Shown here: positions 37,815-47,365 of the stretch, in pieces | Layout of the letters: each line of letters opens with the position of its first letter | How positions within the stretch are numbered: position 1 is the first letter of the stretch | NCBI GenBank assembly: GCA_022821585.1 | Contig: JAJEDI010000091.1 | Coordinates: forward strand, 49,547-113,546 | Origin: Caldilineaceae bacterium | GTDB taxonomy: Bacteria; Chloroflexota; Anaerolineae; Caldilineales; Caldilineaceae | Direction: 5' to 3' | Length of the DNA: 64,000 bases | Notes under the pieces: model-generated | Databases searched by the model: none | What the model was told of the DNA's origin: nothing | Seen by the model: only the letters and a program-made list of their open reading frames with translations | Position numbers and translations under genes: made by a program

Positions 37815-38300
37815 CGTACCTCTCCTTTGTCCTCGTTGTGGAGAAATGAGTGCTGCACAGACCTTCAAATTGGTGTTGAGCTTCTCAATGCACTTTCAAT
37901 ACGCGCAGAAACTTAGTCAAAAGCACAGCGGAAGGTTACGTCGATTCATCGATTGATTTTGGCGGCGTTCAAGAGGTACCTACCGAGCAGCGGACGAACG
38001 CCAATCAAACCAATTGCCTTAGAGAACAAACCGATCGAACGATTTTGAATATGATACTCTTTCCGGGAAAAGTCCCATGACTTCCTGCCCCAGAGCTTCT
38101 TCCGAGTTCAGGTCATACAGACGTCGTACGTCTTGGCTTCGAATTGGGACTCCTCAAGCAGAAGGGATTGAAAGTTGGAGGAAATTGACGGGCATCGCCC
38201 TTGTTTTGGACGGTGGGATTGTACGATGAAAGTAAGCGGCATGTCAAGAAGGGTTCAGAATCATCCAGTTCCTCCAAGACTTATCCTGGACTTCTGAGGC

Positions 38301-39062
38301 TTATCCAAGTTCGCTGGCCAAAAGCAGGACTATTGTTGCTGCGACAACTGCTGCCGTTTCCGCGCGCAGGACTCGCGGTCCGAGAGACATTGGCAACCAA
38401 CCGCGCTCCGTGGCGGCCGCCGCTTCATCCAAGCCTATGCCTCCTTCCGGCCCCAGAAGTAGAGAGATTTCGTCGACATTGGTTACCGCACTGCCAAGAT
38501 TCGGTCCGTTATCGCCAGCCTCCTCCCAGACCAAGAGTCGGAGGCCGGAGCCTTGATCAAGGGCCTCGTCCCAAAGTATTGGATTGGCGAGGAAGGGAAG
38601 CCGGCCCCGGCGGCTCTGCTCGGCCGCCTCACGAACAATGGTGCGCCAACGTTGATACTTTGGGAGCAGCCTGGCTGCAGGTCGCACCATGGTTCTACTG
38701 CTGATCACAGGCACGAACCGGCTCACGCCCAGTTCAGTACCTTTCTGCAACACCCATTCGAACCGGTCACGTTTCAATGCACACTGATAAAGAGTCAGCT
38801 CGATGCCGGGCTCGCTCCGCACAGGTTCTTTCGCCAAAACGAGGCCCGTCGCTCTTCCTGCATCCAGGGCCTCAATGCGCGTTAGATAGGCCGCTCCGGT
38901 CCCGTCGAGCAATGTAATCACGCTGCCATGATCCAGACGCAGAACGTTGCGCAGCTGATGTGAAATTGGTGAAATGTCAACTTGCCGGTCCGGCTCGGCG
39001 CACAGTCCGGTCAGGAAAAACCAGTGGTCACTGGCATCCCTGCTACGCGTATCCCATGTCAT
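38301..39062 (-). CDS. rsmE: 16S rRNA (uracil1498-N3)-methyltransferase
   Basis: 253 aa. HQLRNVLRLDHGSVITLLDGTG, LYQCALKRDRFEWVLQKGTELGV and LLLGPEGG..RVLRAETAA are RsmE signatures. It overlaps the prmA stop by 20 nt. Confidence 0.8.
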   Translation of the reverse strand: MTWDTRSRDASDHWFFLTGLCAEPDRQVDISPISHQLRNVLRLDHGSVITLLDGTGAAYLTRIEALDAGRATGLVLAKEPVRSEPGIELTLYQCALKRDRFEWVLQKGTELGVSRFVPVISSRTMVRPAARLLPKYQRWRTIVREAAEQSRRGRLPFLANPILWDEALDQGSGLRLLVWEEAGDNGPNLGSAVTNVDEISLLLGPEGGIGLDEAAAATERGWLPMSLGPRVLRAETAAVVAATIVLLLASELG

Positions 39063-40029
39063 GTTCTTTGCGCACCACCAGGGCTAACCAATCCGCTTCT
39101 TGCCTGCGATCCACTTCCTTCAGTCCGTGACGAGCCGCGGCCGACATCACCATCTCTGATTTGTCTTCAAGGATGCCCGAGAGTATCAAGTGGCCTTCAA
39201 GCGCCAGAGGTTCGGCGAGAGAGACTTTTTCGTACGTCCCGTCCAGCAGTCCGACCAGGACCTCTGCCAGGATATTCGCCGCGATTACCTCGAAGCGTCC
39301 GGCCTGCCCCTCGGGTATCGAGCCCTGTTCAATGTGCAGGGCATCATTACCAAGACTGATATCGTTCCTGGCGGCATTTTCCCTGGCAGCCCGAATTGCC
39401 AGCGGATCGATGTCTGTCGCCCAGACCGGCCCTGCGCCCAGTTTCGCTGCAACAATGGAAAGGACGCCGCTACCCGTACCTACATCCATAAACGAGTCTC
39501 CTGGCCGCACCCAATCTTCAAGGGCAGCCACACATAGCCGCGTAGTCGGGTGCAGGCCTGTGCCAAATGCCATGCCCGGCTCAAGCCGTACAACGATGTC
39601 TTCGGGCAGTACATCCGGCTCTTCCCAGGCCGGGGTCAGTAGGACGCGACGCCCGATCCGCATGGGCTTGTAGTGCCGTTTCCAGGCGTGTGCCCAGTCC
39701 TCATCCTTCACGGTTCGCGCGACCGGTTCCGGCATAGGATAGAGAAGTCGAAGACGCCACAGCCCCTCTTCAATCTGCCTCTGAATCCGGAGTCCGCGTG
39801 GGCCCGGTTTCACATAGGTCTTCACCACCGTCTTGTACTCGCCGACTACCGGGTTTCCAAAATCGTCATAGCCGGTCGACTCCAGTACTGCCCCGCCCCC
39901 GGATGCCTCACCCGCTGCGCTATCTTCTACCCAGTCGCTGCCGTTGAAGCGGTTGAACAGTTCAACGACCGCTTCGGCCGCCTCGCCGTCTACCTCTACC
40001 GCTATTTCAACTAGCTCACCCGCATTCAT
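39043..40029 (-). CDS. prmA: ribosomal protein L11 methyltransferase
   Basis: 328 aa. WAHAWKRHYKPMRIG, LEPGMAFGTGLHPTT, and the SAM motif MDVGTGSGVLSI. Confidence 0.85.
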   Translation of the reverse strand: MNAGELVEIAVEVDGEAAEAVVELFNRFNGSDWVEDSAAGEASGGGAVLESTGYDDFGNPVVGEYKTVVKTYVKPGPRGLRIQRQIEEGLWRLRLLYPMPEPVARTVKDEDWAHAWKRHYKPMRIGRRVLLTPAWEEPDVLPEDIVVRLEPGMAFGTGLHPTTRLCVAALEDWVRPGDSFMDVGTGSGVLSIVAAKLGAGPVWATDIDPLAIRAARENAARNDISLGNDALHIEQGSIPEGQAGRFEVIAANILAEVLVGLLDGTYEKVSLAEPLALEGHLILSGILEDKSEMVMSAAARHGLKEVDRRQEADWLALVVRKEHDMGYA

Positions 40030-40163
40030 TTGTGTTGATCTCGTCCGCCTACAGTTCCCGGCGCGAACTTTGTTACGTTATACTACCTCGTCTGAGCAGA
40101 GGGGGGAGGTCGGCAGCTTTCCTGCCTCCAACCAACACCTATCCATAGACATTAGTGGATTTC

Positions 40164-41072
40164 ATGACTCCGCGATCACGGTCATACTTCAATCTTGCAT
40201 TGTGCGTATTGCTGTGGGCTTCGATTCCGTTTGCCTCAAAAAAGATTCTGTCAGATTTGAACAGTCTGCAGATGCTTTTCTACAGTGCGGTATTCTCGGC
40301 GTTCGCGCTAGGGGCCCTTGTCGTGGGGCAAGGCAAAGTTTCCAGCTTGGCTCGGTATTCTCTTCGTGACTACGCTCACTTGAGTTGTCTGGGCTTTCTT
40401 GGGGCTTTTCTCTATTACGTGCTTCTGTACGGGGCCTTTGCGAACACGTCCGCAGCCGAAGGCTTCGTTCTGGCTTACACCTGGCCCATCCTGGTCAGCC
40501 TACTGGCCGCGCCTCTCCTGGGACAAAAGCTTACGCCGGTCCGACTAGTGGCAATCGCGATCAGTTTCTTTGGCGTCGTGATGATCGTTACGCGGGGGCG
40601 GATGTTGGCGTTCCAGATGGAGAATCTGGCGGGAAACCTGCTTGCCCTCTGCGGCGCTCTCGTCTTCGCTCTTTTTTCGATTCTGGGTAAGCGTGCGAGC
40701 TACGACCTAACCACTGCCGCCTTTGTTTACTTCTGCTCCGCACTGATCAGCTCCTTGGCCGTCAACGCCTTAGGCGGTGGGCTGCCGTTGCCTTCAATTT
40801 CAATTTGGGGCTGGCTACTCTACAACGGTCTATTTGTCAACGGGGTCAGCTATCTATTCTGGTTCAGAGCGCTGGAACATGGGGACACGTTTGTCGTCTC
40901 CAACCTGCTCTACTTGACGCCAGTACTCTCGCTGCTTCTTGTCAAAGTCTTTCTTAACGAACCGGTGCACACGTCGGCAGTTACGGGTCTGGTGCTAATC
41001 ATTGCAGGAATTCTCCTGCAGTCCTGGCCCAAATTGGTGGCATTGGCCCGATTCCGTAGCCAAGCGAACTGA
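40164..41072 (+). CDS. DMT-superfamily transporter (two EamA domains)
   Basis: Within ORF 40155..41072 (ATG at 40164; an alternative GTG is at 40155). About 10 TM segments. LLWASIPFASK and VSYLFWFRALEHGD. Confidence 0.8.
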   Translation: MTPRSRSYFNLALCVLLWASIPFASKKILSDLNSLQMLFYSAVFSAFALGALVVGQGKVSSLARYSLRDYAHLSCLGFLGAFLYYVLLYGAFANTSAAEGFVLAYTWPILVSLLAAPLLGQKLTPVRLVAIAISFFGVVMIVTRGRMLAFQMENLAGNLLALCGALVFALFSILGKRASYDLTTAAFVYFCSALISSLAVNALGGGLPLPSISIWGWLLYNGLFVNGVSYLFWFRALEHGDTFVVSNLLYLTPVLSLLLVKVFLNEPVHTSAVTGLVLIIAGILLQSWPKLVALARFRSQAN

Positions 41073-41122
41073 AACGAGAGCCCTTGCCAACTATAGATTT
41101 AACAGGGCAGGCAGTTTTCGTC

Positions 41123-42244
41123 CTAGTCCGGTCTCAGGATCCGGTCAAGGAGTCCGCGTCGAGGCTCGTGCACTTCGTCGCCCAGGCTCTCGGCCAGTTG
41201 GCGCAACAGCATCTCCTGCTCTTCGGTCAGGTCCGTAGGCGTTACAATTTTTACTGTTACGATCAAGTCCCCGCGCCCGCTGCGTTGCAGGCGTGCTATT
41301 CCCATTCCTGCTTTGCGAAATCTCTTTCCTGTTTGCGTGCCGGCGGGAATATCGAGACTTTCGGTTCCGCCTCCCAAAGTTGGAATCTCCACCGTTGCGC
41401 CGAGAGTTGCCTGCGGGATACTGATGGGTAGTTCCAAATGAATATCAAACTCTTCACGCACAAAATCGGGATGATTCTCGACACTAATCATTACGTAAAG
41501 ATTGCCGCGCGGACCCCCCAAGGTGCCGGCCTCGCCCTCTCCTGCCAAGCGGATACGAGTACCGTTATCGACCCCCGCGGGAACGTTGACCTTTATTTTG
41601 CGGGACACCTGAACGCGCTTGCGGCCGTGACAGCGGGTGCAAGCTGTAGAGATGACTTCGCCTTCTCCATGGCAAACAGGGCAGGTAGTGGCGGTGACGA
41701 TTGTACCAAAAAGGGGACTTTGTTGACGGCGTTGGACCTCGCCGCTGCCGCCACAGGTAGAACATCTTTCGGGTGTAGTGCCTGGCTCGGCGCCGCTGCC
41801 ATTGCATGAGTCGCAGTCCTCCATGCGGGGCACCTCAATCTCCTCCTGGGTGCCAAAAGCAGCGTCCTCAAAGCTCAACCTGACGTCCACTCTCAAATCC
41901 GCCCCGCGGCGTGGTGCCCGCCGGTTCCCGCGTCCCATTCCGCCGAACCCAAACACCTCTTCGAAAATGCTTCCCAGGTCGCCAAATCCCTGGCTGAAAT
42001 CGCTGAAGCCACCGGAACCGCCCAGGCCCGAATGTCCAAAGCGGTCATAGACGGCCCGTTTCTGGGGATCGCTCAGTACCTGGTAGGCTTCGTTTATTTC
42101 TTTGAACCTTGCCTCGGCATCGGCCTCCGGATTGACGTCCGGATGGTACTGCTGTGCCAGTTTGCGGAAGGCCCGCTTGAGCGCCTGTTCATCAGCGCCC
42201 CGCTCAATACCAAGCACTTCGTAGTAGTCGCGCTTTTCACTCAT
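41123..42244 (-). CDS. dnaJ: molecular chaperone DnaJ
   Basis: Internal ATG of ORF 41123..42292. J domain DYYEVLGIERGADEQALKRAFRKLAQQYHPDVN, a G/F region, and four CxxCxGxG zinc-finger repeats (CDSCNGSG, CSTCGGSG, CPVCHGEG, CTRCHGRK). Confidence 0.95.
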   Translation of the reverse strand: MSEKRDYYEVLGIERGADEQALKRAFRKLAQQYHPDVNPEADAEARFKEINEAYQVLSDPQKRAVYDRFGHSGLGGSGGFSDFSQGFGDLGSIFEEVFGFGGMGRGNRRAPRRGADLRVDVRLSFEDAAFGTQEEIEVPRMEDCDSCNGSGAEPGTTPERCSTCGGSGEVQRRQQSPLFGTIVTATTCPVCHGEGEVISTACTRCHGRKRVQVSRKIKVNVPAGVDNGTRIRLAGEGEAGTLGGPRGNLYVMISVENHPDFVREEFDIHLELPISIPQATLGATVEIPTLGGGTESLDIPAGTQTGKRFRKAGMGIARLQRSGRGDLIVTVKIVTPTDLTEEQEMLLRQLAESLGDEVHEPRRGLLDRILRPD

Positions 42245-42248
42245 CAAG

Positions 42249-42440
42249 TTATTCCCAACTAATGATCCATGCGCACAAACCTGCCAAGCCAACGGTTACC
42301 CCGATCAGAGCTGCCCACTGCGCGCCGTCGAACCCAACGCCTCGTGCGCTGAAGAGCAGTATCACGACGAAACCGATTGCCAGCACAGCCCAGTTGGACA
42401 AGACTGTATGGTCGGACCAGAACCTTCGCAGAAAGTCCAT
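42249..42440 (-). CDS. hypothetical small two-TM membrane protein
   Basis: 63 aa. It exactly fills the gap between coaE (stop 42457) and dnaJ (start 42244). WAVLAIGFVVILLF and LIGVTVGLAGLCAWII. Confidence 0.5.
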   Translation of the reverse strand: MDFLRRFWSDHTVLSNWAVLAIGFVVILLFSARGVGFDGAQWAALIGVTVGLAGLCAWIISWE

Positions 42441-42456
42441 GTTCTTTCGGACTCCT

Positions 42457-43089
42457 CTATCGTGCCAGTGTCGTCATCCGCCGCGGATATCTTTGCTTTA
42501 AGTCCTCCCAAATCGCATCCAACTGAGTGTGTAATTCGGTCAGGCTGCCGTCGTTCTCAATTACGCGGTCGGCCTGGTTCACTTTGGCTGCCTGGGGTGG
42601 CTGCAGATCGATCATGCGCCGGGCTTCGCTTTCCTCCATTCTGCGTGCCTCCAGAAGCCGCCGCAACTGGGTGGTCAAGCTTGACGTGACCACCCATATC
42701 TCATCGCAGAGCGTAGACATCAGTCCGGCCTCAAGCAGTTTGATCGCCTCCAGCACGATGACGGGAGATTCGTTTTCGGCAATCTCCTGCTTTCCCAAGT
42801 CAAAGATTTTTGGGTGAACAATTTTCTCCAGCTTGCCCAGGTCAATGGGATTGGAGAAAACAATTTTTCCGAGTTTCTTTCGATCTATTGTGCCGTCCTC
42901 GCCGAGAATCTCCCGCCCGAAGGTGCGCACTACAGCGTCGTATGCCTGTCCGCCCGGCTCGATCACACGGTGGCCCAATTTGTCGGCATCGATGATGAAA
43001 GCGCACTTTTCCCTCAAGTAGCCGAGAATCGTGCTCTTGCCCGTAGCGATATTCCCCGTCAGCCCGATTACCAGAGATTTCCGCGACAT
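42457..43089 (-). CDS. coaE: dephospho-CoA kinase
   Basis: 210 aa. P-loop GLTGNIATGKST, with DADKLGH and the VIVLEAIKLLE pattern. Confidence 0.9.
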   Translation of the reverse strand: MSRKSLVIGLTGNIATGKSTILGYLREKCAFIIDADKLGHRVIEPGGQAYDAVVRTFGREILGEDGTIDRKKLGKIVFSNPIDLGKLEKIVHPKIFDLGKQEIAENESPVIVLEAIKLLEAGLMSTLCDEIWVVTSSLTTQLRRLLEARRMEESEARRMIDLQPPQAAKVNQADRVIENDGSLTELHTQLDAIWEDLKQRYPRRMTTLAR

Positions 43090-43167
43090 TTCCGATTAAT
43101 CCCTTTGCAATTGGTTTTCCCGATTTGGCCCTATTCTAGCTGAAAAAGCGGTCTGCTGACAAGCTTG

Positions 43168-45252
43168 TCATACCGCCATAGCAGCCCATTCTTCCAACAA
43201 TTCTTCCAACCGCTGAGAGACAGCCCGGTGCCGGTCCTGCAATGTCTTCAGTTCCTCGAAATCCTGTCGCGCGCTGGCTTGGGCCAAGCCCTTTTCGATT
43301 TCGTTCAATCTGCCTTCCAGCCGGGCGACGCGTTCCTCAGTTTCGGCGACTGCCTGCTCCTGTCGCCGGGTCCTCTGCCGCTTTCTGCGGGCCTCCCTCT
43401 GCAGCTCCCACTCTTCTTCTGCGGCTGATGGAGACTGTTCCTCTCTCTTAATCGACTCCATCCTGGAGCCTTGGAGACCTTCCTCCTGCCACTGACTCCA
43501 AGTGCCGTTAAACTGCTCCAGTTGCCCTGGTCGGTTTCCTTTCCCGGGCGTCACTTGCCAAATCTGCGTAGCCAAGGCGTCGATGAGGGCGCGGTCATGT
43601 GTGACGAGCAAAATGGTCCCGTCAAACTGGCGGAGAGCATCCTGGAGAATCTCCTGGCTATCCAGGTCCAAGTGATTCGTTGGTTCATCCAGCAGAAGAA
43701 AATTAGCGCCCTGCAGTGTCAGACGTGCCAGCGCGATGCGACTTCGCTGGCCTCCTGACAAGCTCTCGACAGTTTGGAAGACCTCTTCACCCTTGAATAG
43801 AAACTGGCCCAAAAAGGTCCGCGCCCGCTCGGTGGGAAGCCGCTTTACTTCCAACAGCGCGTCCAACACGGTCTGCTCGCCTTTCATCAAACCGTATCCG
43901 CTCCCCATGTGTCGTTGCGCAAGATAACCTACGTCGACCGACGCGCCCAACTCCACTCTGCCGGTGAGGGGCTCCAACTCTTCCAGTATTGTACGCACGA
44001 ATGTAGTCTTGCCCGCCCCGTTTGGGCCGATCAGGGCGGCAACCTTGCCCCGGAAGAGGTCTAAGTCAGGAATCTCCAGAATAGGCGTGTCGGTAGGGGA
44101 GAGGCTGCGCATTGGGCGCAGACGACCCTCACGCAATGGTCGCGGCGATGGCCGGGCAGAATCCTTTCCCTTGTTTTCCGTCTTCGGAAAAACTGACTCG
44201 CCAGATCCGGTACCAGAATCAGTTTCCGAATTCGTATACCCGGCGATCAATTTGCGCGTTCGTAAGACCAGGTCCCCGCCGCGAGTGTGTGCGCGCAACG
44301 GAAGTCGAATGAACTGATCAGTCGGAGGCGGCGGCAAGGCTTCTTCTTCCAGAAATCTCTTGAGCCTCGTTTCTCTGCCCTGAGCTTCCTTGGTACGCTG
44401 GCCGGCCTTGTAGCGGCGAACAAACGCCTGAGTTTCGCGGATGAACTCCTGCTGACGGTCATACTCCTTGCGCCAGCGGACTCGACGCTCCTGTCGCTGC
44501 AGCCGATAGTGGCTGTAGTTTCCCCGGTAGGCTTCCACGCGACGGTGGGCAAGATCCCATATCCTCGTAGCGACCGAATCAAGAAAGTATCTGTCATGTG
44601 AAACGACTACCAGGGCGCCTTTCCAAGTTGTTAACACACCTTCCAGCCACGCCATCGAGCGCAAGTCCAGGTGATTCGTGGGCTCGTCCAGCAGGAGAAG
44701 GTCGGGCTCCTCCAGGAGCAGGCGTCCCAGACAAGCTCGAGTTCGCTGCCCCCCGCTCAAGTGCGAAAGAGGCGCCTGCCAAAGGGACTCTTCCAGGCCA
44801 AGACCGCCAAGGACAAATCGAACGCGCTGGTCAACGTCATATCCCCCGGCCCGTTCAAATGCTTCCTGTTGCTTTCCGTAACGGGCCAGCAGATCCTCCA
44901 ACTCCTGGTCACCCTGGGCCAGGTCGGTCATCTTTGCTTCCAGGTACCGCAGTTTCTCGCCTTCGGCCAGCAAGTTTGCAAAGACGAGTTTCAAGTCTTC
45001 GTAGAGAGTACGCTGTCCGGCGGGCGGCGGGTCTTGCGCGAGGTAGCCGATCCGAGTGCCCTGAGCGATTGAGAGATCGCCAGCCACGCTCGTATCGACC
45101 CTGCCCAGCGCGCGGAGAAGGCTCGTCTTACCGGCACCGTTATGGCCAACCAGTCCAATCCTGTCCCCGTACTCGATGCGGACAGTGACGTCCTCAAGCA
45201 CGTCGAGATCGCCGTAGTTTTTTGAAATGTCGGTGGCAACCAGGAGGCTCAT
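43168..45252 (-). CDS. ABC-F family ATPase (two NBDs, C-terminal coiled coil, Uup/YbiT-like)
   Basis: True start MSLLVATDISKNYG is at 45252, inside ORF 43168..45798. NBD1: GHNGAGKTS, LSGGQRTR, LLLLDEPTNHLD. NBD2: GPNGAGKTT, LSGGQRSR, FLLLDEPTNHLD. The C-terminus is Glu/Arg-rich and helical. Confidence 0.9.
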   Translation of the reverse strand: MSLLVATDISKNYGDLDVLEDVTVRIEYGDRIGLVGHNGAGKTSLLRALGRVDTSVAGDLSIAQGTRIGYLAQDPPPAGQRTLYEDLKLVFANLLAEGEKLRYLEAKMTDLAQGDQELEDLLARYGKQQEAFERAGGYDVDQRVRFVLGGLGLEESLWQAPLSHLSGGQRTRACLGRLLLEEPDLLLLDEPTNHLDLRSMAWLEGVLTTWKGALVVVSHDRYFLDSVATRIWDLAHRRVEAYRGNYSHYRLQRQERRVRWRKEYDRQQEFIRETQAFVRRYKAGQRTKEAQGRETRLKRFLEEEALPPPPTDQFIRLPLRAHTRGGDLVLRTRKLIAGYTNSETDSGTGSGESVFPKTENKGKDSARPSPRPLREGRLRPMRSLSPTDTPILEIPDLDLFRGKVAALIGPNGAGKTTFVRTILEELEPLTGRVELGASVDVGYLAQRHMGSGYGLMKGEQTVLDALLEVKRLPTERARTFLGQFLFKGEEVFQTVESLSGGQRSRIALARLTLQGANFLLLDEPTNHLDLDSQEILQDALRQFDGTILLVTHDRALIDALATQIWQVTPGKGNRPGQLEQFNGTWSQWQEEGLQGSRMESIKREEQSPSAAEEEWELQREARRKRQRTRRQEQAVAETEERVARLEGRLNEIEKGLAQASARQDFEELKTLQDRHRAVSQRLEELLEEWAAMAV

Positions 45253-45363
45253 ACTACGGGTGATTCTGAGTGGTTGAAGCGCATAGAAACGCCAAACTGC
45301 CCCCATTTTCCAAGTAACTTTGTCGACCCAATCGAACGAGCGGCAGTTTGGCTCAGTTGGTGG

Positions 45364-45372
45364 ATTGTACCA
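45364..45372 (-). promoter_or_regulatory. candidate extended -10 promoter element for the ABC-F gene
   Basis: Minus strand reads TGGTACAAT (TGn + TACAAT), about 110 nt upstream of the ATG at 45252. The -35 is poor. Confidence 0.3.
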
Positions 45373-45888
45373 TATTATTTGGGCATTGACGATTCCCCAC
45401 GCCGTCCACAGGTGCATCCCAGAAGTGGCGTGGACACAGTCGGGCGGTGAATTCATGCCGGTGGCGGCTGGAATCGTATACCGGCACTTGGAGTGACAGA
45501 GGGAGCCGCCAAGCTGGGACTTATCGCGGGGTCCGTAGCTTGGAGGGCGTGCGAGGGCAGGCACAGGCCTGCCCCTACAGGAATTTGATGGGACTGGAGG
45601 GACCTGATCGGAAGAAACTCTCTCAATTTGGCACCTGTGACGAATACCGGCACACGGTCGACTAGGCATGTTGTAGGACCGGGGGCGTTGCGGGGGCGGA
45701 GCCCCCGCACAAGGGAGGCCGCTTGCGGACGACCGCCCAGAAGATCGAGGAGAGAGTGAAGAGGAGTGAGGAGAGAACTGTCGTCTGCTTCGACGCAAAG
45801 GTGAGAGCGAGATGAGTGCGGCACTGCTGCTTCCGGAGGCATAGGAAAATTCGCCCCTACATTGGGAGGCACCCTTCGAAAAGAGCCC

Positions 45889-45918
45889 TTGCCCGATTTC
45901 GGGCCATTAAACTATAAT
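45889..45918 (+). promoter_or_regulatory. candidate promoter of the liv operon
   Basis: TTGCCC-18 nt-TATAAT, about 115 nt upstream of the livJ-like ATG at 46033. Confidence 0.4.
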
Positions 45919-46032
45919 TGTATGTAGAAACGCATGCATATTGAACATTGCAATTCCCAATTGGCCGTAAAGGCCATGAACAGGCGCAGATATTTCTTTC
46001 TCGTGGACAGAAAATCGACCAAGGAGGTTCAA

Positions 46033-47289
46033 ATGTCAAAGAAACTTACCATTTTCAGTCTGTTCCTGGTAGCCGCACTGATGATGGCTGCATGCGCGGC
46101 GCCACAGCCAGCTGCCCAAGCCCCGGCAGAAGAGGCCCCAATGGAAGAGACCGCCGCCGACATGAGTGGAAAGGTGGTAATCGCATCGGGCTCAATGATC
46201 CGAATCGGCGGCTCCTTTGCGCTGACCGGTCCGATCCCTGACCCCGGCCTGAACATCCGTCACGGAGCGGAACTGGCAATCGACGACCTCAACGCAATGG
46301 GGGGCCTGGAGGGGTTCATGTTCGAGCTTGTGGCCGAAGACGGTGCCTGCGACGGTACGCAGGGTACCAATGTGGGCAACAAGTTCGCCGCCGACGAGAC
46401 GATTGTGGCAGTCACAGGCGGAACCTGTTCGGGCGAGACCTTCGGACTTGTGCCGATCCTGCTGGAGGCCCGCATTCCCTTCGTCAGCCCCAGCGCCACC
46501 AATCCGGACATCACTTCCGCCGACTGCGACGTCTGTAACCGAGTTGCCTTGAGCGATGCACTGCAAGGGGCCACTGACGCCGACTTTGTCGTCAATGATC
46601 TCGGCTTGACCAAAGTCGCTGTCGTCCATGACAACTCCGACTATGGAAAGGGACTCGCCGAAATCTTCCAGAGCGGGGTTATGGAACTGGGAGCTAAAGT
46701 CTCCAGTTTCGAGGGTGTACAAGTGGGCGATACCGATTTTCGGGCGATGCTGGCCAGGGTAGGCGCTGACGGACCCCAGGCCGTCTTCTTCGGCGGTTAC
46801 TCTACCGAGGCCGGCCTGATTGCTCAGCAGATGACTGAGACACCTGGCCTGGAGGATACGGCCTTTATGAGCGTTGACGGCGCTTACACTCAGCAATACC
46901 TGGAAGCTGCCGGAGACGCATCTGAAGGAACGTACATCTCCTTCGTCTCCGGGGCCGATTCCGAAGAGATGAACGAGGAGTTCGACGCCAAGTACATGGA
47001 GAAGTATGGCGTCAGCCCGGACGACCTGGGTCCTTTCCACAGCCAGAGCTATGACTCCGTGAAGTTGATCGCTGCCGCCATTGCAGCGGTAGCTTCTGTC
47101 GACGACAACGGCAACCTCGTAATTGACAGAGAAGAACTGATCTCGGCAATCCGCTCTGTTGATGCATTTGAAGGCTTGACCGGCACAATCAAGTGCGACA
47201 GCATAGGTGAGTGCGGCGCCGGCGGTGTCCAGATTTTCCAGGTCTCCGAGGGCGATTTCAATCAGGTATCCGGTTTCGGCATGGAGTAA
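46033..47289 (+). CDS. livJ: branched-chain amino acid ABC transporter substrate-binding lipoprotein (LivJ/LivK family)
   Basis: Internal ATG of ORF 45934..47289, preceded by AAGGAGG. Lipobox LVAALMMAAC. Peripla_BP_6-like body (IRIGGSFALTGP, GGTCSGETF, KVAVVHDNSDYGKGL). Confidence 0.85.
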   Translation: MSKKLTIFSLFLVAALMMAACAAPQPAAQAPAEEAPMEETAADMSGKVVIASGSMIRIGGSFALTGPIPDPGLNIRHGAELAIDDLNAMGGLEGFMFELVAEDGACDGTQGTNVGNKFAADETIVAVTGGTCSGETFGLVPILLEARIPFVSPSATNPDITSADCDVCNRVALSDALQGATDADFVVNDLGLTKVAVVHDNSDYGKGLAEIFQSGVMELGAKVSSFEGVQVGDTDFRAMLARVGADGPQAVFFGGYSTEAGLIAQQMTETPGLEDTAFMSVDGAYTQQYLEAAGDASEGTYISFVSGADSEEMNEEFDAKYMEKYGVSPDDLGPFHSQSYDSVKLIAAAIAAVASVDDNGNLVIDREELISAIRSVDAFEGLTGTIKCDSIGECGAGGVQIFQVSEGDFNQVSGFGME

Positions 47290-47365
47290 TTCTTCATGCG
47301 CCAAAGAGGGGGAGCTCTAGAGTTCCCTCTCCGCCTACCTCCCCGTCAAATCCTCGTACGCGACA

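Noticed and set aside
45348-45375. A T-box-like string, TTGGTGGATTGTACCA, upstream of the liv operon.
   Set aside because: It deviates from the GGGTGGTACCGCG core by an insertion and has no specifier hairpin or adjacent terminator. It lies over 650 nt from livJ, and its reverse complement is better explained as the extended -10 element of the ABC-F promoter.
45596-45615. A TPP-riboswitch-like fragment, GACCTGATCGGAAG.
   Set aside because: The obligatory CTGAGA element is absent at the expected distance, there is no thiamine-related downstream gene, and only about 9 nt match.
45253-45798. A 182-codon in-frame N-terminal extension of the ABC-F ORF; the track lists 43168..45798 (876 aa).
   Set aside because: The extension translates to low-complexity Arg/Pro/Ser-rich sequence with no similarity to ABC-F N-termini. 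The canonical start MSLLVATDISKNYG lies at 45252, with a promoter-like element about 110 nt upstream. An open frame by chance is common in GC-rich DNA.
46192-47304. Long antisense ORFs opposite real genes. The 370-aa ORF shown here is antisense to livJ. Others include 6415..7170, 8058..8837, 13181..13999, 29286..30116, 53421..54026 and 61065..61877.
   Set aside because: Each lies wholly inside a strongly supported gene on the other strand and has a biased, motif-free composition. They are typical shadow ORFs in GC-rich coding DNA.
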